DNA of 64,000 nt from Felis catus. Lineage: Eukaryota. Below, piece after piece: positions 38,696-49,849 of the stretch (positions within the stretch are counted from its first letter, which is position 1; every line of letters starts with the position of its first letter). Under the pieces are notes generated by a model. That model did no database searches. It saw nothing but the letters and a program-made list of their open reading frames with translations, and was not told the origin of the DNA. The stretch lies in the NCBI RefSeq assembly GCF_018350175.1, contig NC_058368.1, positions 9,920,001 through 9,984,000 on the forward strand. The letters are read 5' to 3'. The position numbers were made by a program, and so were the translations under genes.

Positions 38696-38915
38696 GGGGC
38701 GCCTGGGTGGCTCCACCGGCGAAGCCTCTGACTTCAGCTCAGGTCATGATCCTGCAGTTCGTGAGTTCGAGCCCCGCGTCAGGCTCTGTGCTGACGGCTC
38801 GGAGCCTGGAGCCTGCTTCAGATTCTGTGTCCCTCTGTCTCTGCCCCTCCCCCTCTGTGCTCGCACACTCCGTGTCTCTAAAATAAAATAAACTGAACAT
38901 TAAAAAAATAAAAAA
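38696..38915 (+). mobile_element. CanSINE
   Basis: TSD approximately AAATCT(T/C)TCTT. Confidence 0.92.
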
Positions 38916-39039
38916 TAAATCTCTCTTTAGGGGCCTTGGGCCATTGATTAATGCCCTAGCCTCTGAGGGGCCCGCCCAGCACCGATGCAGAAGCACCAGC
39001 GAGTCCCGAACTCTGAAAACTGTTCCAGAAGCAGCATTC

Positions 39040-39225
39040 AGAGCGGTTGAGGACCTAGCCTTTGAAGCTAGAGGGGCCCGGGTTTGAATCCTGGTCCTGC
39101 TCCTTTACTACACGTGGGTCCTTAGGCATGGAGTTTAACCCCTCTGAACTTCAGTTCTAGCCCTTTGGGCAATGGGAGGAGTAACCTGTGCACACAGGGC
39201 GCTGTGTTGAGAAGCAAAAGCACAG
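39040..39225 (+). mobile_element. MIR fragment
   Basis: CCGGGTTTGAATCCTGGTCCTGC...TTAACCCCTCTGAACTTCAGTT. Confidence 0.65.
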
Positions 39226-40544
39226 GCCGATCAGGGCCTCGGGGCCCGTGCCCGGTCTGGTCTGGGCCCCGCCAGGCCCGGCTGCCCCCCCGGGGACCAT
39301 CTCCTTAGCAGTGGGAAAGGAGAGCCCGCCGTGCGCTCCCCTCCCCCGCTCCCCGGGCGCCCCTCGTCTTTTTGTTCTGTCTCAGCAGCTCTCTATTGAG
39401 ATGAATGGCATTTCCAGAGGCTTCACCTCTGATAAGTGTTCCTCTGCGGCGGCAGCGGGAATCTTAATGTGCGCCCTGTAATTTAACGGCCATCTCGGCT
39501 GACTATGAAAACGCTCTTCCCGGGTGAAGTGAACTCGCTCCCTCGGCACGTGCTCACGCTGCCAGGGTGACTCCGGGGAGCTCGGATGTGGCTGGCCCCC
39601 CGTGGGAGGGAGGGGGGTGCAGCTCCTGAACTCCTACCAGGGCCTTCTCTTCTAAAGGGGAGATGGCTGGGCATCACCCACCCCCACCGCCAACCCCCTC
39701 CCCCCCCCCCAATCCCCACACCCCCACCCCACCCCACTCCCACCTGGCGGGGCCCCTGGAGGCTTGGGAAGCAAGAGGAGAGGTTGCCCTTCTTGGAAGG
39801 CAGGAGCCCAGGCTGGGATGATTTTCAAAGACATCGTTGGACTCTGTCGATGCTGTTTGTTGTGTGCCTGTGGACACACACTTACACGCCAGAAACACAG
39901 ACGCCCAAGCAGGAAGGAGACTAGGCTGAGCCTTAAAGACACCAGGCTGTACGAGAGAGACACTTCTTTGATAAGTGGGTGTTTCGATCTGGAATTACAA
40001 GGAGTGGACAGTCACAGTGTGATAGTGTTTACGTACACCTGGCATGCCTCCACCCCTCCCAATCTTTCTTTAGGGAACGATATGGAAACCCCCAGTTCAT
40101 TCGTTTTCCTGCCATCTGGTTGTCCAAGGAATGATATGTGACTACCCAGAGCCCGTGAGATCGTTCTAAGAATTCAGATGAGAGAAGTCAGTCCTTTAGA
40201 GCGTGGGGAAAAGTGATCTGCAGAGAGAATAAAGCTGACAAACCAAGAGAAAGTTGAGAGAGGAAGAGAGAGATTGAAAGAGAGAGAGAACTCTATTTGA
40301 GAGAGAGAGAGAGAGAGAGAATGCCTGACCTCCAAGGCCCAACCACATCTCTGTTCTTTCCAACTTTTGGTTGCTTGGTTCCTTGGATTTTTTTGAGCCA
40401 ATCATTTCCCCCCTTTTCTTTTTGCCCACGCTAGTTTGAGCTAAGTTGCCACTGTTTGCAACGGGAGTACTTTAAAAAGGGACTGGCCTTCGCCTCTGAT
40501 GCATTATCTCTAAGTTATGATGAGCATTAGAAAGGCAACCTCTT

Positions 40545-40776
40545 GGGGCGCCTGGGTGGCACAGTCGGTTAAGCGTCCGACTTCAGCCAGGTCACGATCT
40601 CGCGGTCCGTGAGTTCGAGCCCCGCGTCAGGCTCTGGGCTGATGGCTCGGAGCCTGGAGCCTGTTTCTGATTCTGTGTCTCCCTCTCTCTCTGCCCCTCC
40701 CCCGTTCATGCTCTGTCTCTCTCTGTCCCAAAAATGAATAAACATTGAAAAAAAAAATTAAAAAAAAAAAAAAAAA
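40545..40776 (+). mobile_element. Young SINEC_Fc-type SINE ~1.4 kb upstream of the ALOX5AP ATG
   Basis: Perfect 16-bp TSD AGAAAGGCAACCTCTT at 40529-40544 and 40777-40792; long A tail. Confidence 0.96.
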
Positions 40777-41736
40777 AGAAAGGCAACCTCTTTATGAGGG
40801 TCAGACTCCTTATCTACACGGCCCTACACAGCTCCTGAAACTTCACCAAACTTCCCATACGAATCAGATCTCATTAAGGTGAATACACAAATCTCGCTGG
40901 TGCTGAGCCCCCTAAGCGGTCTTGTGACATCACACCTGGCAGAGTGCCCCAGGCACTCAGAGAGTACTCAAGAGTGTCAAGACCATATCTGGATCGCCCT
41001 AGCTACTGGCCTCCACGCTTCCAAGCTCTGGACACCGCCTCCACGGACGTCTGTCTCTTCTCTGTTGAACGGAGGACACTCAAGCCGGCCTCTCCCACAC
41101 TGCGACGCAGCTCCCTGCGGCCACCGAGTATAGTGGCTAACGTTCTCTTTCAAAGTGAGGTTTTGATAAAAGCTCCACTCCGTCGCTGCTGAAGAGTTGT
41201 TGGGTCTGGGCCGAAGATCGCAGGAATCTCGCATTTTCTGTGTGGCTTCCGAGGGATTGCCATTTACACGGAGAAAGCTGTCCCGTAAAATGCCAGGTCA
41301 CCACCTACCTGCCCCAGCGGGCTCACTCTTACACCTTCTCTCCTCTCTTATCATTAATTACACTGAGGCCATTGTAGGAAGGTGTTTTAACAATGAGCTC
41401 TGAGGGGTCAAGCCACGGTGTTTAATAATACTTCTGTTCAAAGTTTTCCTTAAGGGTCATCTGTAACCTCATTTCTGTTCCTTATCTAAATTCTTCGGTT
41501 TAGTTTTAATTCTCTTGTTGCCTTTTTTTTTTTTCCCTTGTGGAAATAGAGATGTCAGCTGTCCCCCTCTTACTCATTCATCCATTTATTCACCCATCCA
41601 GGCCTTATTCTGTGGCTGCTACTCTGGACCCTGCCATGTGTTATGTATTCAGGGTTTTTTCCTGGGAATCCAAGAAAGCAGTGACAGCATTCAAAACACA
41701 GATCTTTTTGCTGCTCTCTAAATAAAACACAAGTTT

Positions 41737-41906
41737 TGTTTTTAGTTTATTTATTTTTAGAGAGCGAGCGAGCGAGAGAACGCAAGCACGTTCCATGTTG
41801 TCAGCACAGAGCCCGACGTGGGGCCCCATCCCATGAACCGAGAGATCGTGACCTGAGCTGGAATCAGGGGTCAGACGCTTAACCAGCTGAGCCACCCAGG
41901 TGGCCC
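41737..41906 (-). mobile_element. CanSINE (internally deleted) abutting the ALOX5AP promoter
   Basis: TSD TAAAACA(C/T)AAGTTTT. Confidence 0.9.
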
Positions 41907-41989
41907 TAAAACATAAGTTTTATTTTGTCTTTCCTTCCGGCTCGGCTTCGAATCCCTGCTTCTCCTGACAGGTCACACTGAGCCAGGAC

Positions 41990-42180
41990 ACTTTGGTGGC
42001 TAGTTAAAAAAAAAAAAAAAAAAAAAGAAGAAGAAGAAGAAAAAGAAGAAGTCACTGTGTAACTGTGCTGGGACCTTTGGAAATTCTAGTGATGAAAGGC
42101 AGGGCCCTCACTTCCTCTTTCTGAGCAGCACAGGGTGTCACCAGACAGGAGCAGTCCTTGCCGGGGAGCCCGAAGCAAAC
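41990..42180 (+). promoter_or_regulatory. ALOX5AP: ALOX5AP proximal promoter and 5'UTR: A21 tract (42006-42026), (GAA)n, PU.1/ETS site CACTTCCTCTTT (42109-42120)
   Basis: Directly upstream of the ATG. No canonical TATAAA seen. The site is the reverse complement of the PU.1 consensus AAAGAGGAAGTG, consistent with myeloid expression. Confidence 0.75.
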
Positions 42181-42250
42181 ATGGATCAGGAAACCGTGGG
42201 CAATATTGTCCTGTTGGCCATTGTCACCCTCATCAGCGTGGTCCAGAACG
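42181..42250 (+). CDS. ALOX5AP: ALOX5AP (FLAP) coding exon 1, 70 nt: MDQETVGNIVLLAIVTLISVVQN+G
   Basis: ATG at 42181 in context GCAAACATGG. Translation matches the FLAP N-terminus. Donor AACG|gtaagg at 42250/42251. Confidence 0.98.
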
Positions 42251-45200
42251 GTAAGGGAACGCCCTCACTCAGAGGGGGAGACAAAACCGATTTTGTTTGT
42301 CAATCGCTTGAAAGTCAGAGGCTCACACCGTTCTCTGTGTCTGTGCACACTTTTGCCCACTTCCCCCTTATTTGTATTTGTTTTCTTTTTGCTTTGAATG
42401 TATAGGATATATGCATTTATGCATGACTGGGGGTTTCCTTCTGGTATTTCTTGCACTTCAATGTTGGTGACTAACCATGTTTGTAAAGCCGGGGCTGCGA
42501 TCTAGAAGCTTTATAAAAACCCTTACTAAAGTGTCTGCAGTCAGCCTTTTAACTATTAATTACTGAGGCCAGAGACCGGGTGGGAGGCAAGAAGCCTAGA
42601 AAGGGAAAGTGAAATACATGTTGTCCCAAGACACTGGGCTTTTGTTAAGCGCAGCTGGGCTGACTTCAGTGAAACTGACGTTACCTGTCACCTGTAGGCT
42701 AAAAAAAAAAAAAAAAAATTGAATTTGGATAGTGGGAGGAAGAAATCACCTTATTATCATTTATCTCTGTATTGCTTCTTTTTTCTTTGGAAGAAAGAGA
42801 TTCTTGGTAATACTTTTTTTTTTTCCTAGCGATGTATAGTTTTGAAGCATTTTTCATACGCGTTATGTATTAACTATTAATGTAAAGAGAGAGAGGAAGC
42901 ATTTTTTCTTGCGCGGGGTTTGCATTTCCATCCACCCCGCTATCACTTAAGAAAACCGAGCAAGGAAGAAAGAAATACGCAAGGTACCGGGACCTGAAAA
43001 AGACAAGACCGTGTAGCATTTTCTCTTTAAAGTTCCGAGTTAGGACTGCCACAGATTCTTTTTCTAAGTATTTCCAGTGGCTTTGTGTTTTGCAGTTTAT
43101 TAAGATAGAGGAAAAAGGAAAGTAACTACCAAGGGCGGCTGTTACCACTTAATGGTAATTATTGCGTGTTCACACACTGTTGTCACACTTTGGAAATTTG
43201 TTTCACCAATTTGGGATCCTCTGTTATTTCCCCCCAACTTGAACCTGGACAGAGGCTGAGGATTAGCCTTCTGAGCCCTGAGTAAGGCTTCCCTGAGACC
43301 TCCCCACACCAGAAAGACCCGCTTTCCCCTAGTATGTTCCTCTGTGGAACAACAGTTGGCTGCTTTTTGACCCAACCATTTTCATGTTAAATCCACACAA
43401 TAAAGTTGCAGCTCCGAGAGGGAACGGGTGGGTTGTTTAGTCTGCCATTCCTCGAGCCATTGCTATTTCCTGCAGGCGTCAGGAGCTCCCTTGGCCTTGC
43501 GAATCAGCAAGGGATTCATTTATTCAACGTGCAGGGACACCCCCGCCCCCTGCCCTTGTGATGGTCAGAGTCCTGGCTTTATGGGGACATAGCTGTGGGG
43601 CGGGTGTCCCAGGAAAGAAAGGATAGCGAAAAGAGATGACCAGGCAAGGTCAGTAGGAAGCCTTCAAAGCATTCTGGTTGGGTGAGTGGGCGGTGCTTTT
43701 CCAGCTCTGTGTAGGGTCTCCCCTCCCACCCTCCCCCTTGTAAATGGCAACGTAACTGACAAATACCGGTGGACCCGGGAGCCAGTGCCTTGTCACTGGC
43801 CAGTGTGGATGGGGCTAAGCTAGCTGGAAGGCTGTAGGTCACCCCGAACTGCTGCCTCTCGGTTCAGAGCTGAGCTGGGGGGAGGCCGCAGGGTCTCCTG
43901 TTGTGAGAATAGAGTCTCTTCATCGCTCCCGAGATGCAGAACCCGGTCCGGGCCTGTTGAGTGGGTCCCGGGCTCTTCCCCGAGTGCAAAGCAAGCCCTG
44001 ATCCGACTTGAGGGGGACGGTGAAGTTCCTAATTATTTTTGGCAGATGAGATTAAGTCTTCTTCCTTGGTACGGTGTGGAAGGGGAGATGATAGGCGGCC
44101 AAATGTCTGAGCCTTAACAGCCGCGGCGTGGGGGCCTTGACTTTTGGCAGGCCATTTCAGAGAGATGGCGACACAACACAGTGGCCTCGCTGCTAGAGCT
44201 CCAGCCGCTGACGCGGGATGAAGGCTGCCCGGTGGGGAGCTGCAAACCTGGACCAGGGTGGAGCCACCATTTGGGGCCCGGAGACTTTTTCAGGCTCTTT
44301 TTGAAGCCACATGAAAGCCATGCTTTCCCTCTGAGGCCGAGACCCAGACTGCCGTGTGATGTGGAGACCGCTGGGTGAGGCCTTTTACTTGTGACCGTCA
44401 AATGTGCCCATGTCGGGGAACAAGACAAATCCAAACGACCCGGAAGAGAATATCTGTGCTCGCTTGTGTACACCTGGGCTTTGAGGCGAACGAATGCAAA
44501 GGTTCAAGTGCCTGTCCCGAACCTCTCTTTGCAATGCTAATTAACCTCAAGGCTGCAACCGTGGGTCTTCCTCAGAGAGTTCAGAAAATATGCAAAAACG
44601 GTGCCTTTCTCTCCCTGCCCCGCCAAATGCCACTTCAAACCCTTCCTCTTAGTTTTAAAAAATATTTCCGTGTTGTCGCCCGGCACCACAGACGTTGTCT
44701 TTGCCCCACGACAGAGAGGTCCGGTCTGCATGTGTCCGTGATGGTGTCCTGGGTCTGTGCTCCCTGTTCACTGTGTGAGAACCTCATTTCCCAGAAAGAG
44801 GCCAGAGCCCAGCCTTCCCCCAGAGCCCAGAACTTCCCCCTCCGACTCTGAAACGTTGTTGAGTCATCAAGATCTTTGAACCTGTGGCCCTCTTCCAGCT
44901 CGATCCAGCAAAACACAGATCTGGAAGCACAGAGCAAGTTTCAAATACGTCGTTCCAAGAAAGCGGGGCCCGAACCACCAAAGGCTGGCTTCCCAGGGAA
45001 TGCAGATAGATGCATTTCCTATAAATAGCATCCAGAGGGCCTCGGACCCCTCCTGCCGAGGTGCCAGCAGTGTTGACATGCAAAAACACGCAGGCAATAA
45101 GCATGGGTTTGGAGAAAGTGATTCCCATAAGCAGCCCAACTAGTTAGCTTGAGAGGAGAAGGTGAGCCGAGGGGAAGGGCCACTGAGCCCATGCATGGAA

Positions 45201-45649
45201 GCCTGAGTGGCAGCAGAGAAGAGATGTCCTCCGGCAGGAGAGCCGTTCCGGCCGCCCTTCTGGTTGTGGGGAAAGGCGGTGGGAACTGGCATCATCCTCC
45301 CGCCTCAACTCTCTTCTTACCTTGAAGCCAGGAAGGGAGACATCGTGGCCCTGCTCTCGCAGGGGTTTGTGAGCATAGGACAAGGAGGGCTAGAGAGCTG
45401 GCGGGGAACACCTCCATTTCCGTGCCAGCCCTGGTATTCCCACCCCCACCACACACACTCGAAGTGAATCTCGCGGGCACCATATTGGAAGACCTAACGG
45501 CCCAACGTAGGGTTAAATGGGCCGTGGAAACAGGACTCAGGAGGCGCCCCCAAAGCAGAAATCTTATTTGCAGCATTCTCAACAGCTCCGGCCTGGACCC
45601 TCCCGTGATAGAGAGCTCACGGCTACTGGACTCCCCCTTTCCCTTGTTA

Positions 45650-45860
45650 GGTGTATTGGGAGTTTGCTTTGTGTCGAGCATGGTGCTTTGTGCTGGGCAT
45701 AATACTATTTCACTGAATCCTTGCAGCCTGTGAATTATATCTATATCGATCGATCGATCGATCCTATTTTACAGATAAGCAAAGTGGGGCTTGGAGAGGC
45801 TAGAACAATGGTTGGACTGAGATTCAATCCAATTCCAAAAAGTAGATGCTTATGCTATGT
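45650..45860 (-). mobile_element. MIR fragment containing an (ATCG)n expansion
   Basis: TGTGCTGGGCA...CCTATTTTACAGATAAGCAAAGTGGGGCT. Confidence 0.65.
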
Positions 45861-46372
45861 TTATTGCCTCAAATTCATTTATTCAAACTCTCCCTACTCA
45901 AGAAGTTCTTTCTTACGCGTGCTGAAATCTACTGCCCTGTAACTTCTATCCACCGGTCCTGTTTCTATTGTCTGGAAAAGCTTGCTGCTTCTAGGTTTAC
46001 AGAGTCAGCTATCCTGTCATCAATGTATCATTTCCTTTGTGACTTGGTTTCCAGAGTCCCTTGTCATTGGGTTACACCCTCCCACCCATCTTGCCCTGAG
46101 CTTTCTAAGATGCAGACAGACGCTTCCTGTACAGGGAAACTCACTCTTCCTGAGATCCAGACATCAATCCGATTAAGATAATCACAGGTGCATTATTCTT
46201 TTGAACATTTGTTATCGCACTGCTGGCTCGTATTAACTTTGTGCCTAACTAAGTCCTCAAGATCGTTTTATGTGATCCTGAGAAAGCTGTTTGCCTTCTC
46301 TGACTCCCAGCTTCCTCAACTGACAAGTGGGGCTACGATGACTTCCGTGCGTGTCTGTTGAATATATCGCAC

Positions 46373-46510
46373 GGAGACGCGCCCGGGTGACCCAGTCGGT
46401 CAAGCGTCCAACCTTTGATCTCAGCTCAGGTCTTGGTCTCAGGGTTGTGAGTTCAAGCCCCACACTGGGCATGAAGCCTACCCAAAAAACAAACAAACAA
46501 ACAAACAAAG
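46373..46510 (+). mobile_element. Short tRNA-head CanSINE in intron 1
   Basis: tRNA-like head followed by an (AAAC)n tail. Confidence 0.8.
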
Positions 46511-47135
46511 CCACCCTGCAATGGAACAACCTAGGGAAAGTAGCCTGCGGTGCCCGGCATGCGGTGTGTGTGCTCTTTAGTGGTCGGCAGCCTTTTCTCT
46601 CTGTGTCTCTGACTCTGGCGCTATCTGTCTGGTTTGGCTCACCGTCAGCAGCTGGCCAAGATAAGCCTATCAATGGTCTCTGTGCTCGAGGTTTCTGTAA
46701 CATGGCGGAAGATAACACGGGGGTGGGGTGTGAATGGGTGGCGAGGCGTGGGCAAAGGAAGGCAAATTCGTTCAAGTGTAGCTAAAAGGAGGGAGAGGGA
46801 AAGCCTCGTAGGCTGGGGCAGGCTTGCTTTTTTGTTTAATGGGTAGGAGAGATCCGAGTATGTTTCTAGGGTCAAGAGAAGGAGGAAAAAAGAGAGGGAA
46901 GGTTCAGGAATTGGGGAGAACACTGATGAGACAAAGGCCCGGAGAGGCGGCAGGAATGGGCTGGAAGTCACAGGTCGAGGGCAAGCCCTGCAAACGAGGA
47001 AGGGGTCTGTCTGAGCAAGGAGAGAGAGAAGGCAGGCAGGCACGGAGAACTATAGCCACGTCGTGCTGTTGGTTGCAGAAATCACCTCTGACTTTCTTAA
47101 TACTATCTCTGCCACCTGTTCAGAGGCGAGGGCCT

Positions 47136-47180
47136 CTTAGGTTCTGGACCCTTAGGTTCGGAACCCTTAGGTTCTGGAAA
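47136..47180. repeat. 15-bp x3 tandem repeat (CTTAGGTTCTGGACC-like)
   Basis: Direct reading. Confidence 0.9.
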
Positions 47181-48503
47181 GCCAGTGAGCAGGACTTCCT
47201 GCTGTCCTTTGTGCTAAGAAGAGACATTCAGAACAGAGAGATGTGTACTTAAACCCCGTGTGGCTCGTGGGTCCCCTGCGGTGAGCTGCAATGTGACAGC
47301 AACAGGAAGAAAATATCCTCATCTGCCCCCTTGGATCTGAGTCCCCAGCTTCACTGTTCCCCAGTGGGGTGGCTCTGAGAATGCCACCCAACCCCCCTGA
47401 GTCACTGGGGGCCTTGTCTACAAAGTGGAGACAGCATGGCTCACTCCGCGGAGTGGGCACAAGGCCCATCGAGGCCAGGTGTCTGCTGGAGGGCGATGCC
47501 CCCTGCTTACCAGCGGGCCCGTAGCTGCTATGCCCCCAGACAGGCACGTTGCTAGGGTACGGCTGTGCTTTTGCCCCAAAGGAAACCAGAGAAGGCTTTT
47601 ATTCCTATACACGGTTGATAAGGCATCCATTTCACAGCTTTTTGAGGAGGCTAATATCAAGCTGATGAAAAGGGATCCCACAGGGACCCCTGATATTCTG
47701 GAAATAGGAGCAGAGGAGTAAAAGACGAGGGGAAGGGAGAGAGACCTCCATTCCTCCCCGCTCCATCCAATCTATAGACAGACCCTTGGGATTCTGGCTT
47801 CTCGGCAACTCCCCTCCCCACCCTCCCCCCAGCCCACCGCCCCACCCTTAGCGGGCTCCCTATCTTCCGCTGTCCCGGTCCTGGCCCCTCTGGACGCTCC
47901 CCATGCGGAAGACGGAGTGGCTTCCTGCTTCCACCACTTGCTCGGCTTATCCCTGCCAGTGACTCCTTGTGGCTCATGAGATGGGCATGAATTCTGTTTT
48001 CTTACCGCGGCTCACATCAAGGTGACAGTCACGCCACCAAATCCGGCAGGCGCTTCTCAACTATCCCCTTCTCCAGGCCTGGGCTCGCCTAGTGCTTTCT
48101 CGCTCTGTCCACCCTGTGGGCACCGCACGTGGCCCCCCCACCAGGCTCTGCGTTCCCCTCCATCCGCGGCTGGGCGCACTGGATAAATTTCATCTAAGTG
48201 TTTAGTTCGCGGTTTACGGTCTGCCTCCTCCTCTTCCACCCCCGCCAGAGCATGAGCTTCTCAGGCCAACGTCCTTTGTGTGTTTTGTTCTCGGATGCAA
48301 GCTAAGTGTCTGGCTCGTGGCAAGCCAGAGGTTAGTAGAGACAGCTGCTGAGTGAATTTCTGGCAAGTGACGTTGGACAGAAGACATTCGGGGCTGTTTG
48401 GAGGGCACACGGAGGAAACATTTAACGTTCTAGTAAAATAAGGGGACGGCAGGCTCATGAACGTGCCCATGGTAAACCAGATCCAAACCTTTCCCTCTGT
48501 CAG

Positions 48504-48603
48504 GGTTCTTTGCCCACAAGGTGGAGCATGAAAGCAAGACACAGAATGGGCGGAGCTTCCAGAGGACGGGAACACTTGCCTTTGAACGCGTCTACACTGC
48601 CAA
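48504..48603 (+). CDS. ALOX5AP: ALOX5AP coding exon 2, 100 nt: (G)FFAHKVEHESKTQNGRSFQRTGTLAFERVYTA(N)
   Basis: Acceptor ctttccctctgtcag|GG and donor CCAA|gtgagt. Phase 1 in, phase 2 out, continuing the exon 1 frame. Contains the MAPEG FERV motif. Confidence 0.98.
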
Positions 48604-49849
48604 GTGAGTTCGAACCCTGATACTGCAAACTAACAGAGTGGGGCCCTGGGCAAAGGGGGCCTTCCTACTGGAGTGAAGGCCACCGTCAAGGCTACATGTC
48701 TGTCGGGGTCGACCTTCAGAGTGCCAGGAAGGCAGAGCTCCCAGGGACGATTGAACCTCACCTGGGTGGGGGGTGTTGGGGGCACCCTTGGTCATCTTAA
48801 TAAGGGCTAGTGTTTAAAGAAAGGAATTAGGGGTAGTGGGGGCGGGAGTGGGGAGAGGTGCGATCGCCGCAGCTCTCCCTGGTGCTCCAGAAGCCTCTGA
48901 GCCAGTCACGTAGCCACGGCGTTACCGACTTCCTGGGGAATTCGTCCAAAGGGACTACCGTGCAAACCAGCCATGCAAGCTCATCGGCTGGCTTTGGAGG
49001 CAACAGGTGGGACGCGATGGTGACAGCCTTCAGCTCACTGTCCCTTGCGTCCCCCTTGGGGGGACTTCTGGAGGTGTGCCGGGACCTTTGGTAACGCCCG
49101 CTCTTCTTGGGCAACTAGAACAAGAACAGAAAGAATGGGGGAGCTGTGCAATTCCTCCCCATCCCCCCCCACCCCCCGCCATTCTTTACTTTTGAATAAA
49201 AAAGCCGTTTGAAAATACCTGAGCAGCTCAGAGAAGGAGATGGGAGCTACTCGGGATGCAAATCTGAATGGACGTTATTCACACACGCGTTTTTCCTTTA
49301 CGCAGAATGTATTTGAACAGCAGTTTCAGGCAGTGGCCTGTCTGCTTCTCTGTGCCTGTGACCAGGGGCCTGTCACGGGGAAAGGCTTCGGAGAGGAGCT
49401 GGCCAAGGAGCTGGCCTTCAGTGTCAACTCGGAGGTGGCTCTGATGGCCGCAGAGATCTTTCCACAGGGGCAGTCGTGGATACCCAAGGAAATTGTCACA
49501 GGCTGATATCCAGGTCCCTTCACCCTTTCTGAGCCCTTTGCCTTTTGGGCTCGGGACTTGAGGCCACTCCCGAGTGCGCGAAGCCCCTCCGAGACCTCCC
49601 CTTCACTCGGGCCCTCGCCACCTGCCGTGGGGCCCCCCTCGCTCACACTCTGCCGTCCGGAGGAGGGTCATTCCAGCAGTCTGGTCTCAGGGAAATCCTT
49701 TGCTAAACTACCTACGGGGATATTTCTCTTTTAACATGTGGACCTTCGGGGTATTAATTCTCAGAATCAGTCGAAAGAGTTTAAAGATGTGTCTGAAGCC
49801 ATTTTAGACACTGACACTTAAAGGAGCGCAGGGAACGTACGTAGGGCGC

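Noticed and set aside
41945..41972. TTCGAATCCC B-box-like motif near the promoter
   Set aside because: No A-box or cloverleaf; too short to call a tRNA or Pol III gene.
42251..42405. Read-through of the exon 1 ORF (74 aa)
   Set aside because: FLAP similarity stops at the GTAAGG donor; the rest is intron.
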